Assembly: GCA_012295275.1 (NCBI GenBank)
Contig: CM022667.1
Span: forward strand, 14,632,001 to 14,696,000
Origin: Chrysomallon squamiferum
Lineage: Eukaryota; Animalia; Mollusca
Direction: 5' to 3'
DNA: 64,000 nucleotides
How positions within the stretch are numbered: the stretch's first letter is position 1; each line of letters begins with the position of its first letter. The translations under genes and the position numbers were made by a program. Positions 1-14,433 of this stretch are shown one piece after another. The notes under the pieces were generated by a model that was not told the DNA's origin, made no database searches, and saw nothing but the letters and a program-made list of their open reading frames with translations.

Positions 1-191
1 ATATATATATATAGCAATATAAATATGATCTTTCTCATTCATATGATGTCTGTGTAAGATAAATAAATAAATAAATAAGTAAAAAGTAAATTTAAAAAAT
101 AAGAACAACTACAGTAATGATGATGATGATTACAATATTAATAACAAAAATAAAAATGAAGATGACGACGACTACGACGATTATGATGACG

Positions 192-249
<58 letters not shown>

Positions 250-843
250 TAGCAAGTAATAACCGATATAACACTGCAGACGAAATCGATGATATACTTT
301 GAACAGTTCATTAGCCTTACTTACAGCAAAGATTTCTTAATGTAATAAATTCCTGGACACATACTAAAATATCTGATATATAAAACCACTGCAATAATCG
401 TTAACGTACGAAGTGATCGGATATTCAGAACTGTCGTCAAGTTTATCTTGCAGACAGAATATTAATATTGCATCATATGTCTAATTATTACTGACAACTG
501 GGTCTGATTTCAGAGAAAGATATTGCTAGGCTTTGTTTACTCAAAGATCTGACAGAGATAATGAAGTCAGGTGTTTGCTGATTAATATTACAGACAGAAG
601 AAATCAGAGAAAATCAGAGACAGTTAATGGAAACTGATGGCAGTGGTGTCTGATATTAATTAAATTTTTACTCTCTTTGTGTTTCTCCAAATACACATTA
701 CACGTGAGCTGACTTTCAAGTTTTTTCTCTCTCTTTCTTTATATATCCACACACCCACACATACACACACACACACACACATATACACACGCATATATAT
801 ATATCCTCTCTCTCTCCTTCTGTCTATCTAACTATCTATTAGT

Positions 844-884
844 ATATATATATGTATATGTGTATGTATGTGTGTATATATCTA

Positions 885-945
<61 letters not shown>

Positions 946-1034
946 GTATGTATATATATATATATGTATGTATATATATATGTATGTATGCATATGTATA
1001 TATATATGTCTGTGTGTGTATATATGCATATCTA

Positions 1035-1077
<43 letters not shown>

Positions 1078-1115
1078 ATATATCTATCTATATATATATA
1101 TATATATATATATAT
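844..1115. repeat. Compound (TA)n/(TATG)n/(TCTA)n microsatellite
   Basis: Direct reading. Confidence 0.9.
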
Positions 1116-2029
1116 CCTTCTCTCTTTCTGTCTCTCGTTCTCTCACTTTATCTACTTGTATGGCAGTATTTCTTACTCAGCTACGGTAATGAATTAATAA
1201 AAATCCTTTATTTCAGATGAACCTCGTTGATACGACTAAATTACCACCAGATTTATTTACAGATAAATGTGTGTGATAAAAGACTTCGTATTGACCCGGC
1301 AGCCGTTACTAACAATTCAATAGAAAAGTTTTCGTTCACAGGCGAAACTCTGCGACTAGCGGATTTATTACTAAATCAACAAACACAGTCATGAATCTAT
1401 TTACATATTTAAATATTAAACCCGCTGTATAGGCTTAAATCTCTGTCACATATTTGGATGTTAAACAGTTATATACATTTACCGTTATAACGGACGTGAA
1501 TATGTTGGATGTATTTACATATCCCCAAAAATATATATATTTGCACTAACTGTTAAACAGGCGAAAATCTAGTAAACGATTAAATGCGTTGGTAATAATA
1601 GTAAATTTATTTACATTTTTAAAAAAATCTTTATGCATAGTTTTTAGTCTTTTACCAATACTGTTTGGAACTTGTATTTACCTTCTAATTAACGGGCTCG
1701 CTGCAGTTAATGGAAGTTTATTTATTTTCTGAGTCTCTCTGACAGGTAATGTACTTATTTGTATTAATTCGCCTGCTTAATTCGTAGGTACAGGAAAGGC
1801 TTTGCAATACAGGCGTTTAATTACCGTTACAAAAATCTTTAAATTCGTTGGCTGGTTTACTATTACTGAAGAAAATATTTATTATTCCTTGAAATTAGAT
1901 GATTTTTTATAAGCAGATAAAATTATACACCGATTCATTTTATTCGGTTTTTTGTTGTTTATGTGATTATTTATTTATTTATATATTGTTACTTTTGTTG
2001 TTGTTTATTTATCATCATCATCATCATCA

Positions 2030-2061
<32 letters not shown>

Positions 2062-2456
2062 GTTGTTGTTGTTGTTGTTGTTGTTGTTATTGTTGTTGTT
2101 GTTGTTGTTTTTGTTTCTGCTACAGTTAGTGTTATGTATTAATTTATTTATAAAGATTTTTTTTTTTTTTTTTTTATATATATAATGAACAGACAATACT
2201 TCCTATTCGGTTTGTGAATTTCTGGACATTGCTAACAAAATGTCACCTTGACATGCAACGTTGATGTCTACGTTTCTATGCCAGCCTTAGTATTTTCACA
2301 CTGGAGGTAGCTTTACTAAACAGATTTGAATAAAACAGCAAAGAGAACGATCTACTTAAAGAACAAAATATTATGATACGGCGCCTTCAATACGCAAGGT
2401 TAAATCTTATTAACACTGTCTAGAGCAGATAAGACAAGTCATGTTTAGTGTGTGTA

Positions 2457-2770
2457 TAATAAACGTATATGCTGAATATACATGATGAATGTACAAAATA
2501 AATATACATGATAAACATATAGAGAAACGTATACAAAAACTTATATGATAAATGTATATGATAAACGATATTGATGAATGTACATGATAAAAATACGTGA
2601 TAAAAGTAGGCAAAAAAAAATACAAAAACATATATGATGAATATAACATGAAGAATGTACATGATAAACAAATATAATAAACGTAAATGATAAGCTTTGA
2701 TGATAAAAGTACGTGGTAAAGATATATAATAAATGTACATAGTGAATGTATTGATAAATGAACATGAAAA
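2457..2770. repeat. Degenerate 13-bp minisatellite, consensus TGATAAATGTACA, ~24 units
   Basis: Consecutive units include tgataaatgtata, tgataaacgatat, tgatgaatgtaca, tgataaaaatacg, tgataaaagtagg. Confidence 0.8.
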
Positions 2771-3174
2771 AACTTTCAGTGGGCACATTTCAAATGATTA
2801 ACCGAATGATTGGATGGTTAGTTTGTCATATGGCTGGTTAAATATCTGACTGGTTTTATTGTATGCTTTGTTCGATGTTTGACTGCTTGTCAGGTTTGTT
2901 AGCTGGTTGTTTTCTTCTTTTGTCGTGTGAGTTGTGAATCGAATATTATCCTGAAAACATATGAGCCTGTTATACTAATAATCAATTGGCTACTCCTACC
3001 GATTAGCAGTAAGCAAATTTTTTACGCACCTTCTTCTAGACAGAAAAGAATATCGTGACATTTGAAAGACCAGTCATTGGTCACTGGCTGTATAAAGAAA
3101 TGGCCGAATATAAACACAGAGGAAATTGCAACAGATGGAGAGATTGGAATGGGAAATAAAACAGACTGACAGAT

Positions 3175-3208
<34 letters not shown>

Positions 3209-3209
3209 G

Positions 3210-3282
<73 letters not shown>

Positions 3283-3605
3283 TAAAGGTCATACATTTTC
3301 CAGTAAGTTGTTAGCCTCTGTTTTCTAGTGCAGGTTTTATTACTAAACTAAATGGCACTTCTTTGATGAAGATATTAAATGGGGCATATTTTATTTAAAT
3401 GTTTCTGTAAGTAGTAATAATTACCTTAACTCTTTAGATTTGTTCCTTTTATTTTATAGCATAATGTTATTAGCGGAAATCGGATGTTCGCGAAAACAGG
3501 TCACGCGAACTTAATAACAAAAAAATGAACGACAAATAATGAGAGTTGTTTTGTAATAAATGATTTCCCTGGGTGACAAAAGAAATACTAATGGTAGCAG
3601 TAGTT

Positions 3606-3646
<41 letters not shown>

Positions 3647-4207
3647 TACAATACTAATAGGATTGAAACAGCTCTGTTAGTAGCTAGCCCGGTAAATTAA
3701 AAATTGCGAACTTCAAAGGTGGAGATGTCCAAATATACGATCCAGTTTATTGGCGATGTAAAATTCCAGTGAGTTCAGAATGTCTAATAATCAAAACACT
3801 TAAACTGATTCTGACGATAGGCAAGGCGCCATATTTCCGACTGCATAAATAAACTCAAATATTTATGTAAATCTGCTTATTTCAGTGTTAGTGCTATAGC
3901 GGGTTTTAAAGAAGGAACCTAAAACTTACTATACAGAGAAATAAAAATACGCTGTTCTCGAGTCTCATCATACACAGAAATAGGGAAAGCAATCTGAGCT
4001 CTTGATACAGCTTAGTAAAATATTTATGATTAATAATAAATGTTAAAATTCATTACACGAAATTAGCAATGGTGGCGCTGAAAAAAAAGAAGGATTAAAT
4101 TATTAAAAATAAAATAAAGTAAAAATAATTAATAAAAAAAATGAATGAATAAATAAATCAATGAATGATTGAAATAACGAAGAAAAACGAGAAAAGAAAC
4201 TATCAAA

Positions 4208-4253
<46 letters not shown>

Positions 4254-5767
4254 TATTATTATTAACTACCTAAATAAATACAACACTTATATCATATCGC
4301 CTACGACAGACGGATGGACGGATATAAAAGAGACTGTTTATCATATGACACGGTAAATTAAACAATAAGACGGACGTAAATTGAGAAATACTATATCTTC
4401 CGTCTGTCCTTGATGATGAAAATTTCATGAGTATGTCCCAGAGGACAATGTCGTTGATGATGAAACTTTACAAACTTATTTGCCAGCCCGTTAGGATTTA
4501 CCAGACATAATTATATTTCTGTGCTGATGCATTAAAGCAACATTTTGCAGTCACACTGTAATGTAATTGTATCAGTTTAGTAGCAAGGTATCTTTTTTAA
4601 AGCTGTTTCGAAATGAAAAGGTAGCTCGTATAATGGTCTTCGAAATATCAGCCGTGATTCACCAGGTGGAAAGGGAAATGTCGCATTAGACAGATTCAGT
4701 GGACTGTTTGTATGTATATCTGTATATAGCTGTGTACTTGTTCGTGCGAAAATACATGTGTATTTATTTATTATGTATATAACATGAATGCAAGTATGCG
4801 CATTTTTGTTCCTATCTTTGTACATGTTTATCTTTGGACATGAGCACGAATGTGTGCGTGTGTTAATACGTCTGCTTATGTGTGTGTATGTCTACACATA
4901 TTTATATGCAAATAAAAAAACAAAAAAATAGTGAGAAATTTTAAAATATTTATAACATGAACACACTGTACAAAAAAGAAACATAACAAACATTATCGTA
5001 AACCTTTCAAAATCAACAACTATTTCTCATCTTCAGAATTTTTGTGTGTTTTCTGCTCCTTTTGAGACGACCCCTCGCTTATACTGGCGGCCATTTTCCT
5101 ATCGCTGTCCTCGCAGATCCGCTGGCACTGCGGCCGACAGGAGCGCTGTCTGCTTGTCAGTACAATTCGATAATAATTGGTTAATTTATGACCGCGTGTC
5201 TTGTTCTTGCTTTCCAATCCATCGTCGAAGGAGAGGAACCGCCGACTGTTCTGCTAGCCAAATTGGCTGATTGAATTTTTAGAAATTATCGCGCTATTAC
5301 GAGGGAAAGGAGTAAATTAGGTGTTTAAGTAAACTGTTTTTCTTGCGAAATGGATAAAAGAGAAAGAAAAAAAAAAAAAAAAAAAAAAGGCGGTTTTTAA
5401 TGAAAATAAAGAGATGATTTATACTGATGATGAGCCAGATGTCGTGGTGATGGGGTGTGCAGAAAAAAAAAAAAAAAAAAAAAAAAATTAAGTTTTATTA
5501 AAAACAAAAAGAAAAAAAAAAAAAAAGAAAAAAAATGAAGACATGAGTTCCGCCGTTTTAAAATGATATATGAGTTTAGTGAAAAGGGTAAAGTTAAAAA
5601 TCGATGAACATATCATTATCATCATTACCGTCATCATCGACGCCATCATCATACATCACCTTCATCATCATCATCATTGTCATCAGGATCATCCAGCAAG
5701 TTTACGCAGACCATAACATTTTTTTGCTCTTTCTCTGTGAAAGATAGAGAAGATGAAAGATGAGTTC

Positions 5768-5771
<4 letters not shown>

Positions 5772-5860
<89 letters not shown>
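5772..5860. repeat. (AG)n microsatellite
   Basis: Direct reading. Confidence 0.95.
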
Positions 5861-5863
<3 letters not shown>

Positions 5864-7134
5864 CGGGAGGGAGAAAGAGAGACAAAGAGATAGAGGGAGA
5901 CTGACAGATACTACACAAAGGGAGATGAAACCAGTCATAACTAAATAAAATAACTGTAAAAAACCAGTCCATTCATCTTCAGCAGGATTTTCAAAGAGCT
6001 GACAATATCGTGATATCTGTTGTGATTCTGTCTTGAGCTCGTCATCGAAAGTTAAACCTACAACTGTTTGTAATTACTGGAACACTGCACTTGGACAAAC
6101 GACTGGAAGTTTTGATTGGCATATCAATTCATTAACACAACATCGACGCTCTTTAAACGTAAGAACTTGCTTTGTGAGCGTGGAGCGGTTTCATTAAAAC
6201 TTGTTCTTTCTGTACGAATATTCGCACATCTGGGAGCGAGAGAAATAATGGATGTTTTATGGATCTGTTCTGTATGCCTGTACGTTTTCGTTTCGTACAG
6301 ACGGTTTCATTCCGTTCTTTTGTGAATTCGCCGAGAGAACGGAAGCTCCATTTCACAACAGAGCTTCAGATATTAATCTGATATTACACTATCGGTAAAT
6401 CGGTTATATCTTTGCCACTATTACAACAACAACAACGTCTACAACAACAATTACTGCTACTGCTACCACTACATCTAAAACAACTACTGTCACATTACTA
6501 CTGCTACTGTCGCTACTACTACTACTACTACTAATAGTACTACTACTACAATTATCACTAGTAATAGTACTACTACAGATACAACTATTACTAGCATTTC
6601 TATTACTACTGCCACTAGTATGAATTAAGTGGTATTTTACGGTATTAAATTAATACGAGGTACGACAATAAATAACTATAATTTAATGTTCAGTAATGAA
6701 AATCTCACACAAAAATTGGATACTTGAAATAAACGAATACTTGACCACAGAGAGAAAGTAACTTAATCTGTTGGTATGAGCAAGAAGAAAAAATAGCAGA
6801 TAAAAATCATTATTTAGATGTTTTAAAATGTCAAATTATACAAGATGTAAATCAAAGAGTATGGATCGATGATTTGATTAAAATTCTGTTATTAATCCAT
6901 CAAACAAGCCACTAACAAAATGGACGTGAACAAATAAAATGACTGACTGACTGACTGAGTGAATGAATGATTACATAATAATTAAAAATAAGCAGACAGA
7001 CAGATAAATAGATAGAAAGATAGATAAGTAAATAAATGAGAAAATAAATAAATAGATAATGTATGTTAATAAATAGAGAGATAGATAGATAGACAGAGAC
7101 AGATATATAGATAGCTAGATAAACAGAGATAGAC

Positions 7135-7177
<43 letters not shown>

Positions 7178-7394
7178 CAGAAAGACAGACAGAAAGACGG
7201 ACAGACAGACAGACAGACAGGTAGGTAGGTAGGTAGGTAGATAGATACATAGATAGACAGACAGATACTCAGACAGATAGACAGAGAGATAAACAGACAG
7301 ACAGACAGAAGATAGATAGACAGAAAGAGAGAGACAGGTAGGTAGGAGATATATAGATAGATAACTAGATAGAAAATAAATAATAAAATAAAGA

Positions 7395-8190
7395 CTGAAA
7401 ATAGTTTAGTAACTCGGATGTTAATCATATCATGAAATAGCAAATTGACAAGATAATTTAGAAACGAAAAATGATTTAAAGTTCAAGAGAAAAAAATATT
7501 CTTGATAATAATAAATACTTGACAGAACGTATATTGAAAATAATTTAACATTCTCAAATAATACTTTAATATGAAACAATGAATATTTGGCAGAATATAG
7601 ATCGAATGTAATTTGATATTCTGAAATAACTGTAGTTAAAAACGTCAAACTCTATGAGAAAACCAAAGCAGATTAATAACAAGAAATAATAATATCGAAA
7701 ATGAAACCTTAGTTATACGAAATAAACAGATCGAAAATAGTTTAATCTGCTCAAATGAACACTGTCGTTTGAAACGTTAAAACAGACGAGAAATCGAAAC
7801 GTAGCTTAATCACTTGAGATAATAATATCGTATGAAACACCAAATTATATTAAAGAACATGAACTGAAACTAGTTAGATCTTTGGAAATTAACACTGTCA
7901 TTTGAAACACCAAAATGAATCAGAAAACGAAAAGCCGCTTAATAACTTGAAATAACAATCTCGTACTGAGACTAGTTAGGTGAAAGAACGTAGATCGACA
8001 ATGATTTCTAACATTCTGAAATCAAAACTGTCGTATGAAATAACGAATCATCGGAAAGAAGAGAGACAGAAATAAGTCTGATATCTCGAAATCAGCGGCG
8101 TCGTACGAAACAACGGTCAACATTTAAAGAAAAGACACCCACAGAAAAGTCATCTTAATAACACGGGAATTAATTCTGTCATGAAACAAC
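7395..8190. repeat. Highly diverged ~62-76-bp tandem repeat, ~12 units
   Basis: A recurrent GAAA..TAG(T/C)TTAAT...GAAAT(T)AACA(C/A)T(G/A)TCGTATGAAAC unit. TGAAAC-type ends fall at 7572, 7702, 7770, 7833, 7903, 7967, 8036, 8106 and 8182. Confidence 0.65.
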
Positions 8191-9972
8191 AAACAAATAA
8201 CAAACAAAAAACAACCGGATCGTAGATGGGGAAACACATCTCGTTGAACCTTTTAATCAATACAAACACATCGACGCGAGACAATGAACTCTTTTAACAC
8301 AGATAAAAACATTGACGTAGATGCGATGGCCGCTTGCGATGGTCAGCGATGGACTGGTAATTATCGGTGTTTTCTTCCGAGCCGCGCGCGAGGGCCTTTT
8401 TTTTTTTTTTTTTTTTTGGCGTCTGCTTTTCGCGCCTTCTCGAGATCGCCGGGTCACTGGTATGGTGTAGCAATTTGCGTTTTAATAGAATTAAGTGAGC
8501 TAGAAATGAAACGTTACAATATCCCGATATCGACCACGTGTGTTGCGGAAGCTCCTGATCGGCAACAGGCTTTGAAACGAAACAGATTTTTAATTCAAAC
8601 TCGTCGCTGTACATTTAGCCAAAGCAAATCCTTATAGAAAAAAAAAAGGAAGAAGAAAAAAAGCATTTACGTTTTTCTTTTCTTTTCACTGTTGATTCGT
8701 TCATAAAGTGTGTGTAGTAGTTGCTGTTGCGGTTTGTGGTTGGAAAGGTAGTGATGATGGTGGTGATAGTAGTGGTGGTAGAAGGAGCTGCTGTTGTAGT
8801 GATAGCAGTAGGAGTAATAGTAGTTATGGTTATACTGGTAGTGACTATAGTAAATGCAGCAATATCAGTAGTAGTAATATTGTTTTTCTCTGTGTGTGTA
8901 TATAATATTATATGCTTATCTTTTTATCGTCAACATCAGTGTTATAGTAACTGTAGTGGTAATGGGCGTAGCACTAGTTGATTTGTTTTTAATATAACAG
9001 AAGTAATAACTGTATATATAAAGTACGCAGTGGTAAATGATTTTAATTTTATTCAGACTTCAGTTTCCTGGTGTAACTTACCTACAAATGATATTTTATT
9101 TGAAACCAAAACAATAATTCTCATACAGATTTTTAAGTATTTCCTACAAACATATGAGATTTCCAGAACATGAATATTTGTGATTTTCATTATATCTTTC
9201 CTTCATGGTAGACATATCTACATATAAGAACCTACTATAATCATATTGCCATTTAGTGTTATTTCATATTAAAATCTAGCATATGTGTACGTATATGATA
9301 CACGAATCCTCATTTTACAAATTAAGTCTTATCAGTCGTGCTGGAATCGGCACAAGAAACAAATTCGTACCAACAGTTATAATGATCGAAACACCACGAC
9401 CCTACAAGACCAACACACTGACAAATATTTCATAGAACGTATTGTGATTATCATTCGATCTGAAGACCTCTGCTGACAATACTGGATGAAGGAGAACAAA
9501 AGTCTTCCATATTTTTAAGAAAAAAAAAACTGTTGCTCGATATCAAGATCCTTACATGTCTGTTAGAAAACCTTGTTGTTGCTAATATTATTTATTGCTT
9601 TTTTAGGATAGAAACCTTCAGGCCGGTCTCCCTGAGCGAGAAACCTTTCCTCGAGGGGAAGTAAAAAGACAATAAATTAAAATGGCCAGTAATCGCTTCC
9701 GAGCTCGCCCTGGCTAAAACGGCAATAAAGACAAACAGGCAATAAGCGTTACAGGGTAATGAAACAAAGACGTTGTTTTCTCCACGTGAGATTTCAAACG
9801 ATGAAAGAAAAAAAAAAACACAATGCCATTTAGTAAATGGAATTTTGGAAAGTGTTGCCGTTTCCGCTGATGTTTTTGTTGTTTTTGTCGTCGCGGTAGT
9901 CACATTTTTCTAAAGTTTTGATACTTACGACAGAATACTATGCACGCAGTCACACCCACACTCACATCCGCA

Positions 9973-10028
<56 letters not shown>

Positions 10029-11593
10029 TTGCATACAGAGAAACAGACAACAACAGGTATATAATTATATACCTTTCTGTCGTCGCGGCCTGTACAAAAA
10101 AACCAGTTGTTATGACACATAAAATGCAGCAATTTTGCCATGTACGTATTTAGAAGTTGAAGCCTAATTAAAAACTGCTAAAAATTATATTAACTGCAGA
10201 ATTCAAGAATACTGTATACTAGCAAAAGAATACTGTTTACTGCACAGTAAATTTTCTTTTAATATTTTCCAACCGCGATTATGTCAAAATGGCGGATTCC
10301 AAATCCCAGGAATAAATCGGATCAACGGTACAGTTATTTGAACATTCACAGACACAGCCACACACGAACGCACACACACACAAACACACACGCACACACA
10401 TATAAGACTAATGGCAGCTTTCTAACCACTTCGGCTTCTAGTTTATTTTTCCCATTATCAAAATCATTACATATCAATCAGAAGTACTTTCACAAGCTGC
10501 GGATAATGGGAAGGATTTTTCAGGAGCTGAAGTGATTAGAAAAACGTCATTAGCTTTTACACGTAAAACAGACGTCTCCCTTGTGTTTTGTGTTGTCATC
10601 ATCTCTCCTCACTCGCCATCAGTAAAAATAAAAACAAAAACAAAAACAAAATACACACAGACATACTCAAAATATAACAGAAAATTAAAATAATGAAATA
10701 CAATTATAAAAATAAACAAATGAACAAATAAATAAGTAAGTAAACAAACAAACAAAACAAAAACAAATTTAATAAATAATAAATAAACAGTTAATATATA
10801 AATAAATAAACAAAGATGAATAGAATATTTCTGTTCACCTTCGGTTTTTTTTTTTCGTTAAACATTTCTAACATAATACTAAAATAATTGTTATTTTTAT
10901 TTATTGTAATATGAAGCACAGCAACAATTTTATCAATACATAGAAATACTTTTATTTTCACAAATTACTATTGTTGTATAAATTAACAAATAAATTAACT
11001 ATCTGGAATACAGTAATACAAACATATTTGGAAATAATTTAATATTATGAAATGTATACTGTCGAATGAATATTACACACACACGCACTCACACACACTC
11101 ATAAACACACACAATATCTGTCTCCGTATTAATTAAGATTAACGCTAACGTTTCTTAACTGAAAATGAAACACTTTCAAATTTGCGTTGCAGATCATAAA
11201 ACTGCTAACAGCAGAATTTATTTCCGACTATTAGTTTTCTAATATTATTTATTTGGCAGATCGTCATTAGCCGATTATTCTTCTTTTTTTTTTTTCAACA
11301 TGAACACCACCAAAACTCGTCTTTGTATGGCACCCATACAAAGCCAGTTTGTTACAAGAAAGGTTACGACAGACTTGCGACAGGAAGGGGCTTGACCGTG
11401 TTATTCCTGATGTTGTTAGCGCTCGCTATTGCAGTGTTCATCAGTTACTCATTATACGATATTATTAAATTATTAACAAGAGAGTAATGTCTCCTACGTG
11501 GCAAAACTGCACTAATCTTGTTATTTGATAATAGGTGATTGTTAATGCCTTATTGTTCGTTTTCGATTAATGCCTGAAATCTCTCTTTTTCTT

Positions 11594-11667
<74 letters not shown>

Positions 11668-11778
11668 CTCTCTCTCGTTCATTCTCTTTATCTATTTTTT
11701 CCTTTTCTCCTCTGTCGCTTTATTTCTGTTTTTATCTCTCTCTTTATCTCTCCATTTACCTCTGTTTGTCCATTTTTC

Positions 11779-11809
<31 letters not shown>

Positions 11810-13535
11810 CACTTTCTCCATTTATGTCTCCAACTTTCTCTTTCTCTTGCAGAATATGCAGTTTCAGTTGTTATATTTAGATATAACTCTGCGCATATTT
11901 CTATGTGTTTCATTGCAATATGAAGCAATATTTCCATGCAATTCATAACTGTCCTCTTACAGTATGAATGACCTATAATCATCTTCTTTAGCGTTTACTC
12001 TCAACTTTTAATAATTTTCTCAAAAAAGTCTCTCTACAAGAGAAAAAAAAAAAAAGGAGAAAAAGAACAAGAATTTTGCTGTTGGCTGCTGAATATTAAA
12101 TTACTGAAGAAGTGAAAAGTCATCAGCAACTAAATACTAGCATACATAATTCAGGCCTTTTCAAGGCGAACGTGTCAATTTTGACACACATTCGCGAACT
12201 CTTTGACTAATGAAATAATTAGGTATGAAGTAACAAAACAACATGTTGTTGGTATCGTGTATGTTAGAGTAAAATGTTGTCAGTGGTTTTAATTTATCAT
12301 TCATAGTGTTTACAGATAAGTGAAATACCAGTTTGTCATATAAACTGAAGATTGCCACAGACTGCTGCATGTGCTCTAAAATTAAAACTCCTAGAATCAG
12401 ATGGTTTTGACAGATTTACGTTTGTGTGTGTATGTATGTGCATGTGTGTGTGTTTTCTAGACATGTTTTTGTACGTATGGATGTGTGTATGCATGAATAT
12501 ATACACGTATGAATGTATGTATGTTATATGATATCTATCTATATTTATAGGTAAATAGATAAAGAGATCGATAGATAAAAGATAGACAGACAGATAGAGA
12601 GTTAGACAGATAATCCACGATAACAACAATATCTTTCTTTATTAGAATAATAATTATAAACAATTAACATCCAGTGTAAAATGCGATAATGAGACCTTTG
12701 AAAGTCTTACCAATCTATCACTGACGTTCAACATTCACATTCGAAATAAAATAATTTTTTTATGGTGTTTACACATCGAGAAAATATATATATATATATT
12801 TATTTTAATTTTTTTATTATTTTATGTTTAACCATATCCAAAACTGCACAACAGTTTATTTTTCAGCTGTGCTTATTTCCCATCGATTCCTCCCTAAACT
12901 ACCAGACCCGACCTAACTGAACGTGTTTATGACAAATGTTCTAGCTATAATGACAATCTTTGGTCACTGGGCCAAAACACAGAACGAAAGCGGCCTTGTC
13001 AATATGCTTGAGAAACAATTTCACGCCAAACTTTGTACGAATATGAGCTGTTCCTTGATTCGTCTCCAGTAGAACTCGTTTCATAGATTCTGATCAATTA
13101 ATTTACTTCACTGACGTGAAACTTTGTTTTATCCGAACTGTTTACTTCTTGTATATATATGTGAGGTTTTGTCTATTTCTGTATTTGGTCGATTCGTTGC
13201 TTCGCAGTGTTTGAAGAATTAATGTTGATTGATAGTTGAAGTCGTCTTCGTTATTTGTTTTCCTTCAGTTGTATGGAAGTTGTATTACATTTTGTAGTAT
13301 TCGTACTATTGCTGTTGTTGTTATTACTGGTAATACTACTAATACCAATATTGCTATTATCGCTGCTACTGTTGTTGTTGCTGCTGCTGCTGAGACCTTC
13401 AAAACTGCTGCTACTGATGTTGCTGTTGCTACTCCCACTATTTATCCTGCTACTACGCTTCTGTTCCTATCACTACTACAACTAGAATTGCTAATGCTCT
13501 ACCACTAGTACCATCAGTTCTTCTTCTATCCTTCT

Positions 13536-13552
13536 GCTACTACTACTACTAT

Positions 13553-13639
<87 letters not shown>

Positions 13640-13649
13640 CACTACTACC
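13536..13649. repeat. (CTA)n microsatellite
   Basis: Direct reading. Confidence 0.95.
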
Positions 13650-14433
13650 ATTGAAAGCATCGTCAGTAAAAAATAATGAACGAATAAATGAACGTACAAA
13701 TAAATTAATGCTAGCAATTAATTATACAGTTTATTTTGTTTAGTTTGTTACTATTACTTTTGTTTGTAACTACAAGGCTTTGTTTTCTTTCTTATGGGTG
13801 GTTTTGATGTTATAAGCATTTTCAAAGCAGACAACAGTCTTTACCCAAATATAGTCTGATTAGATTTATCAGACAAAGATGACTCCAGGACATTTTTGTT
13901 TTATTTTATTTTATTTTTATAACTATGACAATGAGAATGACAATGACTTTATTCTCATAAACTGTAGGATTACAGTACAGACAAGACTATATTACAGATA
14001 TATAATAACAAAATTAAAATGGATATGCATGGAAGTTTAACGTGGACTACATACAATTTCACACATAGTTCTTATTAACGATCATAGCTTTTTTAATACA
14101 AATATATGTTTACTGTTAACGGTGGTTTTAGATAACAAACAATCAAGATACACTGTCATAAGGATAAATGTATTTTCTTTTTACTGGAAAACATTGATGC
14201 TGCATTTTAAAGGCAAAACATACAGAAGTAATTTCATATAAAAACGTAATTTTTATTTCATATCATTTTGGAGAAAATCGGAATTTGATTTAATACGCGA
14301 AAAAAAAAAAAAAAAAAAAAAAATTTTAGGTGTTAATAAACTTGAAAATGAAACACGAAGTCTTCATTTTACTTATATTTATATGTGTTTTTATTTAATA
14401 GCCGAATTATTATTTGTTCTGGTATTTTGTTAA

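Noticed and set aside
7395-8190. CRISPR-like appearance (units ending in TGAAAC with ~65-bp spacing)
   Set aside because: The repeats are far too degenerate, the 'spacers' resemble each other, there are no cas genes, and the context is a eukaryotic intergenic region. It is a diverged tandem repeat.
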